A DNA stretch of 63,978 nucleotides, filler included, from Stramenopiles sp. TOSAG23-3 (GCA_900128585.1; 5 parts of 5 records of this genome joined end to end with filler, not necessarily neighbours in it), one strand, 5' to 3'; counted from the whole stretch's first letter, positions 29,495 to 42,068 are shown. Program-made: numbers and translations. Notes: generated by a model not told the origin, from the letters alone.

Positions 29495-29740
29495 ACGCGC
29501 TCAGAAAAATCGGAACCCACATTTTTCAATAATTGGGTTTTAACATAAATACAGCATTAGTGATATTACAATGTATATTTTAATCGCCTTAAAACAGTGC
29601 TAGGATAATGTATTTATATGTATTCTTATACTATATAAGAAAGACTAAAAATTCTTCTTTTTTCTCCATGTTTTAAGGAGTTTTATATAAAATACTCTAT
29701 TTATAAAATGGGGGATTATTTCCGATTTTTCTGAGCGCGT
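29495..29740. mobile_element. MITE-like element with perfect 21-bp terminal inverted repeats
   Basis: ACGCGCTCAGAAAAATCGGAA (29495-29515) and its exact reverse complement (29720-29740) enclose an AT-rich non-coding interior. No clean TSD. Confidence 0.7.
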
Positions 29741-30048
29741 CTTAACTATGACAACACGCGTCCATCATCATTCAACACATATAGTGTCTAACAACACAAT
29801 GTAAAAAAAAATAATTATTAAAAAAATATTATTATTATTATTTAATAATATATTCCAAGAAGATTATACTTATATCTGTCTTTAGTTTTTTCGTTACATC
29901 ATATGATTAAAATCGATCTAAATGAATACAAAAACAAAAATGCAATTAGAGATGCCTTCTTTTTTCTGCACTGGCAAGACAAGGTGTAAGCGTAATTCTA
30001 AAAACATGGAAAACGCATGGAAAAATGCGGAACCATGGCAGCGGTTAA

Positions 30049-30660
30049 AGATCCAGGATTAAAGTTTGGGGTGACCACTTCCAGGCCCTTCACTTGTGGA
30101 AAGGGCGTAATGGCTATGATTATGACCCACCCCGATCTTGTGTCGTACACCGCGGCGAAGGGAAGAAGCCCCTGAACTTAGGTATATGGTGTAAGAAGCA
30201 AAGACAAAAATATAAAAATACACACACTGGTTCTTACGGAAACATTGGAGTACTAAGCACGGACCAGATTGAACGTCTTGAAAGTATTAATTTTCAGTGG
30301 GATCTATATGCAAAAGTTTGGGAAATGAATTTCACGGCACTTGTTCTATGGAAAGAACAGCATGGTTTTGATAAAGACCCTTTAAAGCGTTGTGCCGTGC
30401 CACAAGGTGTAGGGAGGAAGCCTCTCAACTTAGGAAATTGGTGCAATGCACAAAGAAAAAAATATAGAAATGCCAAAGAGACCCCCGGCGAAAAGAAAAA
30501 ATACATTGGAACGCTAAGTGCAGAACAGATTAAGCGGCTTAAAAGCGTTGGGTTTGGCTTTGGTCGTTTTGGGAGACTAATCGAAAAGAAAAAGCGGGCG
30601 CTTCCGCAACAACCGGGGCAAGATGAGCAACCCGGACAACGGCGCAAAATAGCAGTTTGA
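30049..30660 (+). CDS. Helicase-associated (HA) domain repeat protein; 5' end unresolved (intron or relic)
   Basis: Two repeats of KVW..F.AL.LWK..G..DP..LG.WC..QR.KY..LS.(D/E)QI.RL.S. The frame opens after a TAA at 30046, with no in-frame ATG before repeat 1. Confidence 0.7.
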   Translation, partial: RSRIKVWGDHFQALHLWKGRNGYDYDPPRSCVVHRGEGKKPLNLGIWCKKQRQKYKNTHTGSYGNIGVLSTDQIERLESINFQWDLYAKVWEMNFTALVLWKEQHGFDKDPLKRCAVPQGVGRKPLNLGNWCNAQRKKYRNAKETPGEKKKYIGTLSAEQIKRLKSVGFGFGRFGRLIEKKKRALPQQPGQDEQPGQRRKIAV

Positions 30661-30884
30661 TTGACCCTAAACTATTATAAGATCTCATAATATGATTAAG
30701 TGTTTTAAATAATTAACTACCGCCAGTAATTTTTAACCCGTGCGCTCAAAAGGAATCAAAAATAAAAAGTATGAGAACAATTTATTTAGAGAGAAAAGAA
30801 ACATTGGTGTAATAATAAAATGACTTAAACTACGAACTTTAACACAAACAATCTGATAAATGACTTTCGATTTAAAGCATGTGT

Positions 30885-33697
30885 TTAGGACGCCCCTTGG
30901 TGCATGATTTCGTGGAGGGCTACTTTCTTTTCCAACTTTTTAATCCTTCTCTGCAACGTTTCTTGAGCTTGCGCCCAATCTGAAGTTCGGTCCCGATGAG
31001 CTTCCCCCGATACGGTGTACGAATTCCTCAAGAATAAGAATTTAACCGCCAGTCCCATAGCAATCGTCCACACCATCAGTGCATTCGTCGTAACTAAATT
31101 CAACGCCACTGTGGTAAACTCGTACCGCTTTAGCACTGTTTCCACCGGTTCGTACATTGACTGAAGATGGTAAAATAGAAAACATATGGGTTAGAAAAGA
31201 ATGGCAGCGAGTTTATTCGGAGTTTACTTACCGTGCTGTTAACGTATGGCCCACATGGTCTAGCACAACTGCACCAGTGGACTGGGTAAGCCTCTGAAAT
31301 CATTATTTCGTTGCCACTAACCATTATAACGCCGCTTGGATTTGCTGCTGCAAATTTCAGGCAATCGGCAGACGCCTGGTATGCTTCAGGGAACAACGTG
31401 TACTCATCGAGCGGGATAGTAGCAATTTGTTTCTCGCACAGTTTGGGCTGGGTTTGGTTTCGCAAAATGGAATGGTTGAGAAAAAGTGACAACCCAATAG
31501 AAAATATATAAAATTTCAAGAAAAAGGCGCCGGCATCTTTCGCCGACCACGGTTTCTTCGGTTTGGATTGCGTTTTTCTCAGCACGAATATATCGAACTT
31601 GAAGTTAATATAGAACAAGAGCAAGGAAAGGATCCCACTGATCGGTAAAAACACGGGAGACATGAGCACCAGCTGCTGAAAGTACAAAAGCCCTATCATT
31701 TTCAGCGCAACGTCGAATTCTGCTTTCTTGAATTTCTTTTTTCTCACTTTCGCCACCAAATATTTGGCAAACGGGACACCGAGCGCTAGTATCTTGCCCA
31801 TGACAAACTCGGTAGCAACTAAACCAAATATCTGGCTCCCTGCCTGATCTGCTCTGCACTGAAAGCTGCCCGGTGTAAATTGTTTTTCCGTGTTCTCTCT
31901 AATCAAGGTTTGCTTCAACCCAAACACTTCCTCGTCCTGGGTGTACATGTACGGGTCTATCAGTTCGGCATAAGAAAACAACTGAATAATAACGTTGAAG
32001 GTTTTCGCCATAAAAATTTTCGTCGTTTTTTGTTTGATAAAATCGCCTTGTGATTCCCATCCCTCTAGCTCGGTCAGTTTTGTGATGACCGCCGGGAGGA
32101 CAGCGTTAATTACAGACACGGCAATTGGCACTATGTCCAGCGGAATTTCTTGGCCGACCAGCGCTGTAATTTGCCCCGAGACCGCTCTACTGTTTGCCGT
32201 CAAGTAAATGATTACACTCCAGCCTGAGACTTGAACAATCATGTAAAGGAGGAACAGGACGAATCTTTTTGCATACAGTATGTATGTATCTCGCTTGCTT
32301 CTTTCTTGGGCGGCCCCCTTGGTTGCATCTTCGTGAAGCTTTACGGTAATGTGCTCGGCTACTTGGTACATCTGGTCGGAAAATGCGGACCGGTCCGTGT
32401 ACGAATGGTCCCAGCCATTCAGTGTCAGCTTTGTCCATTGTTTTGAGTTTCCTGTCACCTGTTCAAAGACCTTTTTTTTTCGATCTTCGGCTACCGTCTT
32501 TTGAATGGTAAACACGAGTAGGATTATCTGGGAGCCGAACAAAACGCCCGTGTACTGTACCGCTTCTTCTTGACTGTAATTGGAAAACAAAGCCCACGAC
32601 GGCACGATGCCTTCAAATTTTGACCATTGGACGGGCTCCATCGTGACAGGCGCTGTCCCGTTCAGAATGTTTTGCACCCCGTACAAGTAGAGGTTCCCTA
32701 CGTGATAAAACATAAACACGCCTTGAATCGCAAAGAGAATCATAGCATTCACGAACAGCCATCGAAAAAAAATAAAATATGCGCCGACGCTATTTCCGTA
32801 TCGGCTTTCTACCATCAGTAAGTCCCTCCCAAATGGTTGGTGCCTTTTCCACCACCGTTTTAAAAGCACGATGAAGCGCTTTATTGGGTTTATGGACTCG
32901 TCGGTGCCAAAATTCAGCAGCTCATCTTCATCCTCCGCAAGCCCAGAAAACATTTTCCGGCGTTCTTCTTCTCTTTTTTGCCTTGCCAGCGCGGCTTGTT
33001 GGGCGGCGTTTGCGTTGCCCCCTGTGGTATTCAAACGTCTTCTCCAGTCATCGCCCCCCTGGCCTGACACCATTTTCGCAACGTCAAGCTCATTTTTCGT
33101 CGATTCTAGTTCATCCTCCAGTTTCTTCTTTGCGGCAAGTGCTTCATTTAACTTATCGCTTAATTTGTCTATCGCCCCCCGGTACTTTCCCGCCTTCTGC
33201 ATCAACCCTATCATTCGTTCTTCGACCTTTGGTGCGAGCGGCGTGCCCCCTGCCCCCTGATATCTTGCAAAATATACTGGCCCTTGCTGCGCCGCCTCAT
33301 CGTCTGAGAATTGTTCGGCGAACTCTATTTTTGCTTCCTTCCTTTTCTTCTTGCTTTCGCCCGGAACTTCACTGAGGACTTCTTCGATTTGCCTGTCTAA
33401 CTGGTGAAGGCTGCGCCTGGCCCTTTCTTCCCCGAACGTCCCGATGTCAAACCCATTGATCTCTGTCGGCACCTCTGTGACATTGTAGTATGGATCATTC
33501 CTCCGTCCAATCCTCGACTCCTCGACAGCTTCTGCCGTTTCGACATATTGATCATCGACTTCCTCTACTTCTATTACATAACTATTGGTGGATGTAGACT
33601 GGGGGCCAAATCCACTGAATCCAGTCCCACCCTCTGGAGCGGCATTTAAACCAGAAAAGTTGGAGAACGGATTGCCCGAATCGCTTCTTCGAAACAT
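30885..33697 (-). CDS. Transmembrane channel-like (TMC) protein; 2 exons (33697-31232, 31160-30885)
   Basis: VESRYGNSVGAYFIFFRWLF, multiple TM helices and CARPCGPY. A phase-0 71-nt intron joins the two ORFs in frame (PYVNST|SMYEPV). Confidence 0.88.
31161..31231 (-). other. Spliceosomal intron in TMC gene
   Basis: GTAAGT donor, CTAAC branch site and TTCAG acceptor; splicing restores the frame. Confidence 0.85.
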
Positions 33698-34111
33698 TCC
33701 TTACGCTGTGTATCGTACACTTGCTGTTAAAGGGGTCTTTAAATGTGCCTCTTTTCTTACGCACGGGCAGACACGTATTAGAAAAGAACGAAATTTGTTC
33801 GTTCGTTCAAATCTTTCCGTTACATTATTACATTCACTCACATCATAAAATAGAAGAAAGGGGGAGGAGGAGGTTATAATATATATATTCTTCTATACTA
33901 ATTACAAGAAAAGAAGAAAAATTTAAATTTAATATTAATAACGGCACAACGGCACCACGCACCACCAGCAAATCAATATTCTTTCTTCAACATTCCAACA
34001 CTATTTAGATTAATATTTAATTATACACAGTAGATATTCTACGACGGTACCTGTAATACCGTACGGTACCACCAGGTAATAAAACATTGTCATCTTGTTG
34101 TTGTTCTTTCT

Positions 34112-34144
<33 letters not shown>

Positions 34145-34576
34145 TTTCTTTCTTTCTTCTTCTTCTATTTTTAGATTTAAAAAAATATTTTTTTATACTT
34201 TTTTATTATATTATTAAATATTATATTATGCAATTATTACTACTACCCGTACCGGTATGTTGTACCGTACCACCAATTTAATACCAGTAGTAGTATTATT
34301 AATACGAATACGACGACACGAACGTACGAAGAAGTTTGTATGTTTTAAGACTCAGAAGTTTGATTTATTTTATTAGCTTTGATGAAGGCGAAACTACGAC
34401 ACTAAAAGACAAAAAGTTTTGAATTCAAATTTACAAGGCTATCATAAATGGCGGCTAGTACAAAAAGCAGAAAATCTTTAGATTGAAGAAGAATTGCATG
34501 ATTGCTCTTTCTTGCTTGCTATGATATTTCTTTTTCTTTCTTCTTTACAGGATATCGTTCACTCGTTGCAACTTCA

Positions 34577-35455
34577 TTACTGTGGTTGCTGGGATGGGAT
34601 GATTAATTTTGTGGTTTGAACAAAATTTTTGGTAGAACGTTTTGAACCAACGATCCAGTCGCCTGCTCCAGAGAGTTCGTTTTCCATTTGGTCTTGGGCA
34701 AGAGAAGCAGTGGCAGTGCCGCCGTCCCCTTCCACTTCGCCCTGCTGGCCTCCGCGTGCGAAAGAAAACATTTTTTTCGATACATCGCGTCGCGTCTTCG
34801 CGTACGCCTTGGAGGATTTCTTCAAGATAAACCGTTCGCGGTTGACAAACGTATTTTCTTGGCCCACTACTTCCACAAGGGTTTCTAATGTGCGGGATGC
34901 TAGATCAAAGTCATCGCCCAATCGATACAACTGTGCCAGATGATACAGGGCCTTGACGTTCTTTGGCTCATACTGCAACGCCTGTGTCACGTGAATCAAT
35001 GCTTTCGGGCGCTGCTTTAACCGTTTCATACACAACGAAAAGTTTAAATGTGTCTTGAAACGGGAAGTGTTATATTCGCCTTCTTCTTCGTCTGTGTCTG
35101 GCACACAATATTCTAAGTAAGTAAGCGCCATGTGGTAGCTCCGTGCTGCCCTGGAGAACTGGGCTTCTCGAAAAAAGTAGTTCCCCTCCGTCCGAAAGTC
35201 AAAAATGGACTCCATTTTCTTTGGCCACGGCATCTCCCATATTTTACGTTCCGCGCTGTGGTCGTGGTTGCAAGCTAATGGCTGTCGTGCACGTTCCTCC
35301 TCTTTTTTCTGTTTTTCCCGCCGGGCATTTTCTTCATCTTGACATGGTTCGTCCCATGCATCAAATTTTCTATAACTAGCACTCCAATCGTACGATTGCG
35401 ACTCTCCTTGCTCCGTCTCTAACGCACTATCACTGGGGGAGGTTTCCAAAGACAT
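34577..35455 (-). CDS. TPR-repeat protein (FKBP/AIP-type TPR cluster)
   Basis: FRTEGNYFF..A...Y..AL, HLNFSLC and ALQYEPKNVKALY, preceded by CNHDH. Confidence 0.8.
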   Translation of the reverse strand: MSLETSPSDSALETEQGESQSYDWSASYRKFDAWDEPCQDEENARREKQKKEEERARQPLACNHDHSAERKIWEMPWPKKMESIFDFRTEGNYFFREAQFSRAARSYHMALTYLEYCVPDTDEEEGEYNTSRFKTHLNFSLCMKRLKQRPKALIHVTQALQYEPKNVKALYHLAQLYRLGDDFDLASRTLETLVEVVGQENTFVNRERFILKKSSKAYAKTRRDVSKKMFSFARGGQQGEVEGDGGTATASLAQDQMENELSGAGDWIVGSKRSTKNFVQTTKLIIPSQQPQ

Positions 35456-35898
35456 TACCACCCTCGCTTAGACCGAACTGAAATAGATTGAACTACCGTT
35501 GTGATAAAAAGGCAGCGGGATTTGCCTATGCTCCAACGCGGCGAAAACACGCTGGGACAAACTGTAGAGAAATTCCCGATAACGTGATCCTTCGGGAATT
35601 ACTCGTTTTATAAAATATTTTATTCATAATCTAAAGAGTCTCGTCTATATCTCATCACATCAAAACATTTTGCCTCCTCCCCCGCCGGCGAGAAGAGAGA
35701 GAAGAGAGTATTCATTCTCAATAATCAATCAATCATCATCATAATAATAATTGAGGAATAACCCTAGTAACTATTAATATTAATGCTATGTACTTCTTGC
35801 TATGATGATGTTATTATATAATAAATATAATAATAAAATTCAATAATAATAATAATTGTTGTCGTCTCCTCTTTTTTTCTTCTTCTAATAAATTTAAA

Positions 35899-37512
35899 TT
35901 ATACCGTAGGTTGATCATCATTCTCCTCCTTTCTTCCACCACCACCTTCCTGTCTCATTCTTCTCATTCGTCTTTGGATCCGAACTATGGCAATCATTCG
36001 TTGCAGGAATTCCGACGGGGGCAGCCTTAATTCATTGTTTTCAATGCTCCGAACCCGCATCTGCTCGTTCCGTTCTACTATTTGCCCCAAAGTTTCTTGC
36101 ACGATAGGAGCACTGCTAAATTCCGTTGCCGACACTGGTTGAACATGCAGCGCGTCAATGCCGCCGCCGACAGGGTGTGTTGGTTTGGAATTATTGGGTT
36201 CCCACAACTTTACAGAATAGTCTATTCCTGACGATGCTAGGAGCAAAGGAGGGCAACGGTTGTTGTGCGTTGGTGGAGTTTGAACACAATTGACAACACG
36301 GTGGTCTGCATTCAAAGCCTGGATAAGCCGTCCGGTGCCACTTTCCCAGAAGTAAATCCGGCCATCATCAGAGCCACTGACAACACACTCATCGTTGTAG
36401 CCAAAGTAGTTGCATTGCTTTATGACAGTTCTCCCGTTCCTGTGCCCTTTAAACACCCGTGCAGGTGCATTAATACCCTCTACGTCGTATCCTTCCTCAC
36501 CCACCAAATTAGACGCTGACCCACCCGCCCCCTCGTCGCCTGACCCAGCTGCTTCGTCTTTCCTACAGCCGCCCACAACGCGACTGAGCGGACCAGTGTC
36601 CTCCCAGCGCGAACCCCAAATAACCTTGGGTTCTGCATCGGAAGATTTTGGTATCCTGATTTTTGCAATGCCGTCCATGTCGCTCCGTTCTTTAAACGTG
36701 TCAAAGCTGTAAATATAATCGTTAGCATAACTCGCGATAAAACTGTCCCCAGACGACGAGAATTTCACACAAGTAACGCGGCCCAGTTTTCTGCTGCCGA
36801 CATTTTTCGCAGACTGTGAAAGCAAATGGTACGGAGCATATTTTAAAAGCGGCGATCGAGTCATGCGCTGATCATAGAGCATTATTACTGGGTCAGAGGA
36901 ACAGCCCACTAACATAAGCTCCTCCCGGCGAGGGTGCAATGCAAAGGTATTGTAACCGGTAGTCTCTGATTCCAAAACATTGCCTTGATCCAACCCCCCA
37001 ACTCCGCGCAAATCGAACCGACGAACTGTTTTATCTTCTGAACAGCTAAAGAAAACGTTTGGGTCGAACGTTGAGCCAACCACGTTGTAACACGTTCGTG
37101 CATGCTGGTACGCCACTGCCGAAGTGTTCCTGGCCACGTGCGTCAGTCGAACCTCGCCATCTCTCGAGCAACTGGCGGCATACGTCAAACCGCGAAGAAA
37201 AATCGCACTAAAGATGTTTCTTCTGTGTCCAGTTTCCCGCCTCACTAACTCTTTGTGACGTTGAACGTCCCAAACGTGCAGGCGCTTCGAGTCACCACCT
37301 GCAAGCAAGAGTTTACCCGTGGAATCAAAGTGAATCGTATTGACACACCCTTCGTGCCCATCATATATTTGGGACAGCCTCATCCTTCTCACCAAACCCT
37401 CCGTTATTCCCCTACCCCTATATATTTGCTTCCTTGACCCAAGTGTCTGCCTTCGCAGTAGCTCGTGAAGCAAAGGGGAAGGGTTGGGGAGGGAGGGGTC
37501 ACTTGTTGCCAT
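35899..37512 (-). CDS. DCAF8/WDR42-like WD40 protein (CUL4-DDB1 substrate receptor family)
   Basis: GHEGCVNTIHF, TGHRRNIFSA, FKGHRN.RTVIK, SGSDDGRIYFW and ASSGIDYSVKLW. Confidence 0.85.
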   Translation of the reverse strand: MATSDPSLPNPSPLLHELLRRQTLGSRKQIYRGRGITEGLVRRMRLSQIYDGHEGCVNTIHFDSTGKLLLAGGDSKRLHVWDVQRHKELVRRETGHRRNIFSAIFLRGLTYAASCSRDGEVRLTHVARNTSAVAYQHARTCYNVVGSTFDPNVFFSCSEDKTVRRFDLRGVGGLDQGNVLESETTGYNTFALHPRREELMLVGCSSDPVIMLYDQRMTRSPLLKYAPYHLLSQSAKNVGSRKLGRVTCVKFSSSGDSFIASYANDYIYSFDTFKERSDMDGIAKIRIPKSSDAEPKVIWGSRWEDTGPLSRVVGGCRKDEAAGSGDEGAGGSASNLVGEEGYDVEGINAPARVFKGHRNGRTVIKQCNYFGYNDECVVSGSDDGRIYFWESGTGRLIQALNADHRVVNCVQTPPTHNNRCPPLLLASSGIDYSVKLWEPNNSKPTHPVGGGIDALHVQPVSATEFSSAPIVQETLGQIVERNEQMRVRSIENNELRLPPSEFLQRMIAIVRIQRRMRRMRQEGGGGRKEENDDQPTV

Positions 37513-37699
37513 GCTCCGGCATACTATTGTATAATATACATATGTGTCCTATTCTCTACATATTATTTAAAAAATGCTTTCTTATTCTGCTGGGACGATC
37601 TCAACTCTTTTATCCTCACAAAAAAAAATCTAACAGTAATACTAATTATTATTAACCCACTCCTTTTCATCACCGACGAACTCGTCTCGGTGATAATAT

Positions 37700-37885
37700 G
37701 AAAAGAAGAAAGAGAAGAAGAGAAGAAGAAGAAGAAGAAGAAGAAGAAGAAGAAAAGAAGAAAATAAAAAGAACGAAACAACAAAAAAAAACAACAACAA
37801 CAGAGGAGATGGATGGAAGGAACGGAAGGAACGAAGGAACGAAGGGAACGAAGAAGAAGAAGGGGAAGAAGAAGGAAGAAAAGGA
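37700..37885. repeat. (GAA)n-rich simple repeat
   Basis: GAA/GAAC/CAA arrays. Confidence 0.85.
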
Positions 37886-38282
37886 TTATAATAAATATTG
37901 AGAATTTTGATGAGGATCGATCCATCCATCATAAAATAATAATAATAAAAATAAAGCTTCTTTCTTCTTCCTTCGTTCTCTTTCTTCTTCGCTTGTACTC
38001 TTGTACTTAGCTTCTCTTATTATTTATTATAGCTGAATCACTTGATGATTAAGGTACTCTCTGTATTATAATATATTATTTGTTTTATGAATTATATTAT
38101 TATTGTATATGTAATGATGAAATGTATAATTTAAATAACTAAGAAGTGATTGTTTATTTATTCCTTAACATATAACATATTTGTGCTCTCCCCGACGAAG
38201 GACAGAAAAGAAAGGAAGGAAGGAAGGAAGGATAGGATAGGAGATAGGAGGGAGAGTTGGTGAGTGAGTATAGTGATCTTCT

Positions 38283-38331
<49 letters not shown>

Positions 38332-38380
38332 TTCCTCCAACAAAAAAACACATTTCTTCCTTCTTCGTTGTTGTTGTTCA

Positions 38381-38480
38381 NNNNNNNNNNNNNNNNNNNN
38401 NNNNNNNNNNNNNNNNNNNNNNNNTTAATTAATTAANNNNNNNNNNNNNNNNNNNNNNNNNNNNNNNNNNNNNNNNNNNN
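38381..38480. other. Artificial contig linker
   Basis: N44-TTAATTAATTAA-N44. Confidence 0.97.
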
Positions 38481-38620
38481 AGAAGAAGAAAGAAGAAAGA
38501 AGAAGAAAGAAGAAGAAGAAGAAGAAGAAGAAGAAGAAGAAGAAGAAGAAGAAGAAGAAAGAAGAAAGCAGAAGAAAGAAGAAGAAGAAGAAAGAAGAAG
38601 AAGAAGAAGAAGAAAGAAGA
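38481..38620. repeat. (GAA)n microsatellite at contig start
   Basis: Long GAA tandem array. Confidence 0.92.
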
Positions 38621-38939
38621 GACCTTCTTTTGTGTTTTTGTTTTTGTTTTTTTTTGTTTTGTGATTTTTTTTTATTGAAGAAATGATATCTATTAATTAT
38701 ATATTATTTAATGTCTTAAAAAATATAATACACCACCACCAGTATTCAATATCCATCCCATTTATTACTATTTATGTGATGAAGGTAGTTTAAATTTGAA
38801 AGCACAGGATCAAACGCAGGCACTAAAAACTGAACACGACAAGTTGTGACTGTGTTGTTGTTATTGCATACGGTTTTATTGCACCCTATAGAGTTTAGAA
38901 GGAAAACACGCGCTGAACGTTATTTCTCTCCGGAAACAA

Positions 38940-41900
38940 ATGAACCCCGTGGGAGATGCGAAGATTGGTCTGGCCCCGGCCCCGGCTCTGGCTGCTGCTG
39001 CTGGGGCGAAAGGGGGGAGGCTGACCGCCCAGGACTATATTCATCGTTTGATTGTGCGAGACTTTGGCGCTCCGCATGGGAGGTTTGTCGGTTGGATCGA
39101 CCGCTACTTTGACGAATCGCAGACGGCAACTCGGGAGCAACTGTGGCAAGTCGTGTACGAAGACGGCGACAAAGAAGACTTGAATCAAACTGAACTTTCC
39201 AAGTACTTGCAGCCAAAAGATAACACCGACATCGGCGAGTTCGTCGCCGTTACTTTCCCAGAGGGGCCGTTGGGCCTCACCATAGGGCCTGCGGAAGAAG
39301 CGGCGGCGCTGGGCCAGTTCGACCCCAAGGATGTTTTCTTTTACAGACAGGGCAATACCGCGGAAGACCGAGTGAAGGTGACTCGGACTTGGGTGATCAG
39401 CACCAAACACAGTTGCTCTGGGCGCGGCTTACTGTCCCACTCCGACAGCGTGGTCTTGATGGGGTGGCAATCCAACACCAGGAACTTAGACTTCGATTCG
39501 TGCTGCAAAGCACTGCGAACGCTGCCGCGGCCGCTCACTGTCATATTCGTAAGTAACCAACACATACCCACACACGTCCCTTCTGTACACATCGCGCTGA
39601 CATTCGTCCCTCACAATAGAAACGCTCGCAACAAACCATTCTGCAGCGCAAGGAAAGAAAGGAAAAGTGTCTAGAACTATTTCGTCGGGCAGCTGACATA
39701 TGGTCCAGCGCTACGGAGCCCCAACGAAAACTCGCCTTTACCGTCTTACGAAGCGAAAACATGGCTAAATTCTCCGCGAAAACGAAAGAAGAACAGGACA
39801 GCGACCGGCTAAGTATGGCCAGCTTAGAAAACGAGTTTTCGGTCGAATTCATCGATGCCTTTTTGAGAAAAGACATGAGGGCGCTTCACTGGCACCATAC
39901 GGGTGTTCACTCGGTAGACAGGACATCCGACGTAAGGCGTTTTAAGCGTATGGCCGAAGTCATCGGTCGAGCCAACAGTGGCCACGACGAGAACGCCAAT
40001 ACCACTGCATTGCCCAACCATGCAATTCAAGTAGAACCGGTGGCAAATCCGAAGAAACGTCGGCGGGACAAAGCAAGCCTAGCTGCGAACCACCCGCCCG
40101 CCGCTCCGGGAACCATAGCACCAAGAGAGGCGCTAAAAAAGCAAAAAACTGAACCGAAGGTTTCGCGAGTGCCCAGCGTAAACCATGCTCATATTGTACA
40201 GAGTAACATTGCGCGCCCCCCGGAAAAATTTCCAATGGACTCCTACACGAATGCGGCCGACAGCCAGAGTCCCAAACCAGAGGTACAAAGGTTTTATAAC
40301 GCCCGGTTAGATTACATTAAAAGTCCATCAAACCCCCTGCAAACTGAACAGAGCGCGCGGACAGAACCGGTTCTTACGCAAGCGCTGTCGATCGGCACCA
40401 TCCCCGTAATTCTTCCCCAGCGGGGCCTCCACGTTTGGGCGTTTTTGAATTCGCAAACAGCGAGGGCGCTAGGGGTAGGTAGTAAAGCTGGGCATTATAG
40501 AGCCACCATTTTGAGCGTCAAGAATGCGGGTCAAAGTGTGAAGCTTTGTTGGTACAGGCGTTGGGCCAAAACCAAATTCTTAGGGGAGAACTCAAACCCA
40601 TACGTGTCGGCCGCAGCCCTGCATATGTGGGCCCCTGCACCTAGTGCAACGGCCTTGTACATATATTTGTCGACGTGCGGAAAACACTTGGTTTGTTTGG
40701 AACCTGTTTCCCAAAATGCCGCGCATCACAATTTCGCGAAACTACGAGATGCCATCCAGACTAGATTCGGCCATGCTGTGCGCGTTGCACACCAAGAGTT
40801 TACTGTCATGGGCATGCCACACGTGCCGTTGCAGGGACCATATTTCGGTGGGCCGGGTGGTGAGCAAGACGACATTGAGTGGTCTTACAAAATTGATTTT
40901 GTGAACCAACGGCTCGGCATTGGAATCGACCAATTGCACGGGGATAGGGGAATTCAGTGCACCAGTGTTCGAGACAATTACTCTCCGTTACTCCAGCAAA
41001 TCCAAGCTAATGTTGACTACGTCGTTGCTGCGGGCGCCTATCGCGCCATTAATGGTGGGTTGGAGGAGCTTATACACCATATTAATGTCAGTGGGCGACC
41101 GCTCACTTTGTTTTTTCTACGTGGAAGCGACCACCCAAAGTTCAAGGTCCTCCATAATTTAAGAAGCCAGGGTAGTATGAGGTTCCCCAAGGGCAACCGA
41201 GGACCACAAGACCCTCGCCGAATGCAAATGGTTGGGATGCAGAACGTCCAGGAGGCAATTAATCGCTCGAACATTCCGGTGAATAACGCCAGTTATGCTG
41301 GAAGGCAGGGCGCTTCTTCTGCTATCCAGTTAGTTCCAAGGCGAGGAGAATTTTCAGGGTCTGTCCAAGCTGGATCCAGTGCCTTGTCTGGACATTCCAA
41401 GTTTGCGCAAAGCATGAGCAATGTAAGGTCAGGAACAAGTAACTTTCCTAAACCTTTTGAAAACGGTAAGCATTCAGGGGCACCTCTCTCTAATCGCCAA
41501 CGTGGTCCCTTGAAGGTCTCGGCGAGCTCTTCTAAACGCAGTGGGCGCACTATTTCAGAGTCGGACTATCGCGATCTAAAAAATGCATTGGGCACAGTGA
41601 ACAAGATGTCCAAAAAGAGTGCCGATTTGGAGAAAAAATTAGAAGCGTCCAAAGAAGTAATAGCTCATCTACGCCATGAGCTAAATGGTCTAAATGGAAC
41701 GGCGAAGTACCTTTTTACTGGGGAGACTAAACATTTTTTGTTGGACTTCAAGAATCGGTTCCCACCAAATGCTATACCCATTGCTCTTCAGAAAATGAGC
41801 CCTCAGGAAATGCAAGACTACAAACTTCGTTTTGTTGAACCTTATTTGAACTACGATGACTCAGCGGCTTCAAATCAGGGCACACCCGCAATCCTGGACA

Positions 41901-41995
41901 CTGCTGTGCCGACCGAAGAAGTAGGCCAGCCGCATGCTAAGGACCCTCCACAAATAGTCGATATCAGTGTCACGGATAGCCAATCCCTAAAGTAA
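38940..41995 (+). CDS. Tudor-like + PDZ-like multidomain protein; 2 exons (38940-39548, 39647-41995)
   Basis: Tudor-like RDFG..GRFVGWI..WQVVYEDGDKEDL, PDZ-like VTFPEGPLGLTI..RPLTVIF, and a second PDZ-like IDF...LGIGI..RPLTLFF. A phase-0 98-nt intron joins the ORFs in frame. Confidence 0.7.
39549..39646 (+). other. Spliceosomal intron
   Basis: GTAAGT donor, CTGAC and CTGCAG acceptor; exon 2 is in frame with the ATG at 39761. Confidence 0.8.
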
Positions 41996-42068
41996 AGTAG
42001 GCAAAGAGCAAGAAGTGTAAGAATTAGTGTGTGTGTAGATAAAAGATTAATGTATCATAATGTGATAA

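Noticed and set aside
37434-38353. Short F/L/S- or K/E/R-rich ORFs
   Set aside because: These are translations of GAA/AAAG microsatellites.
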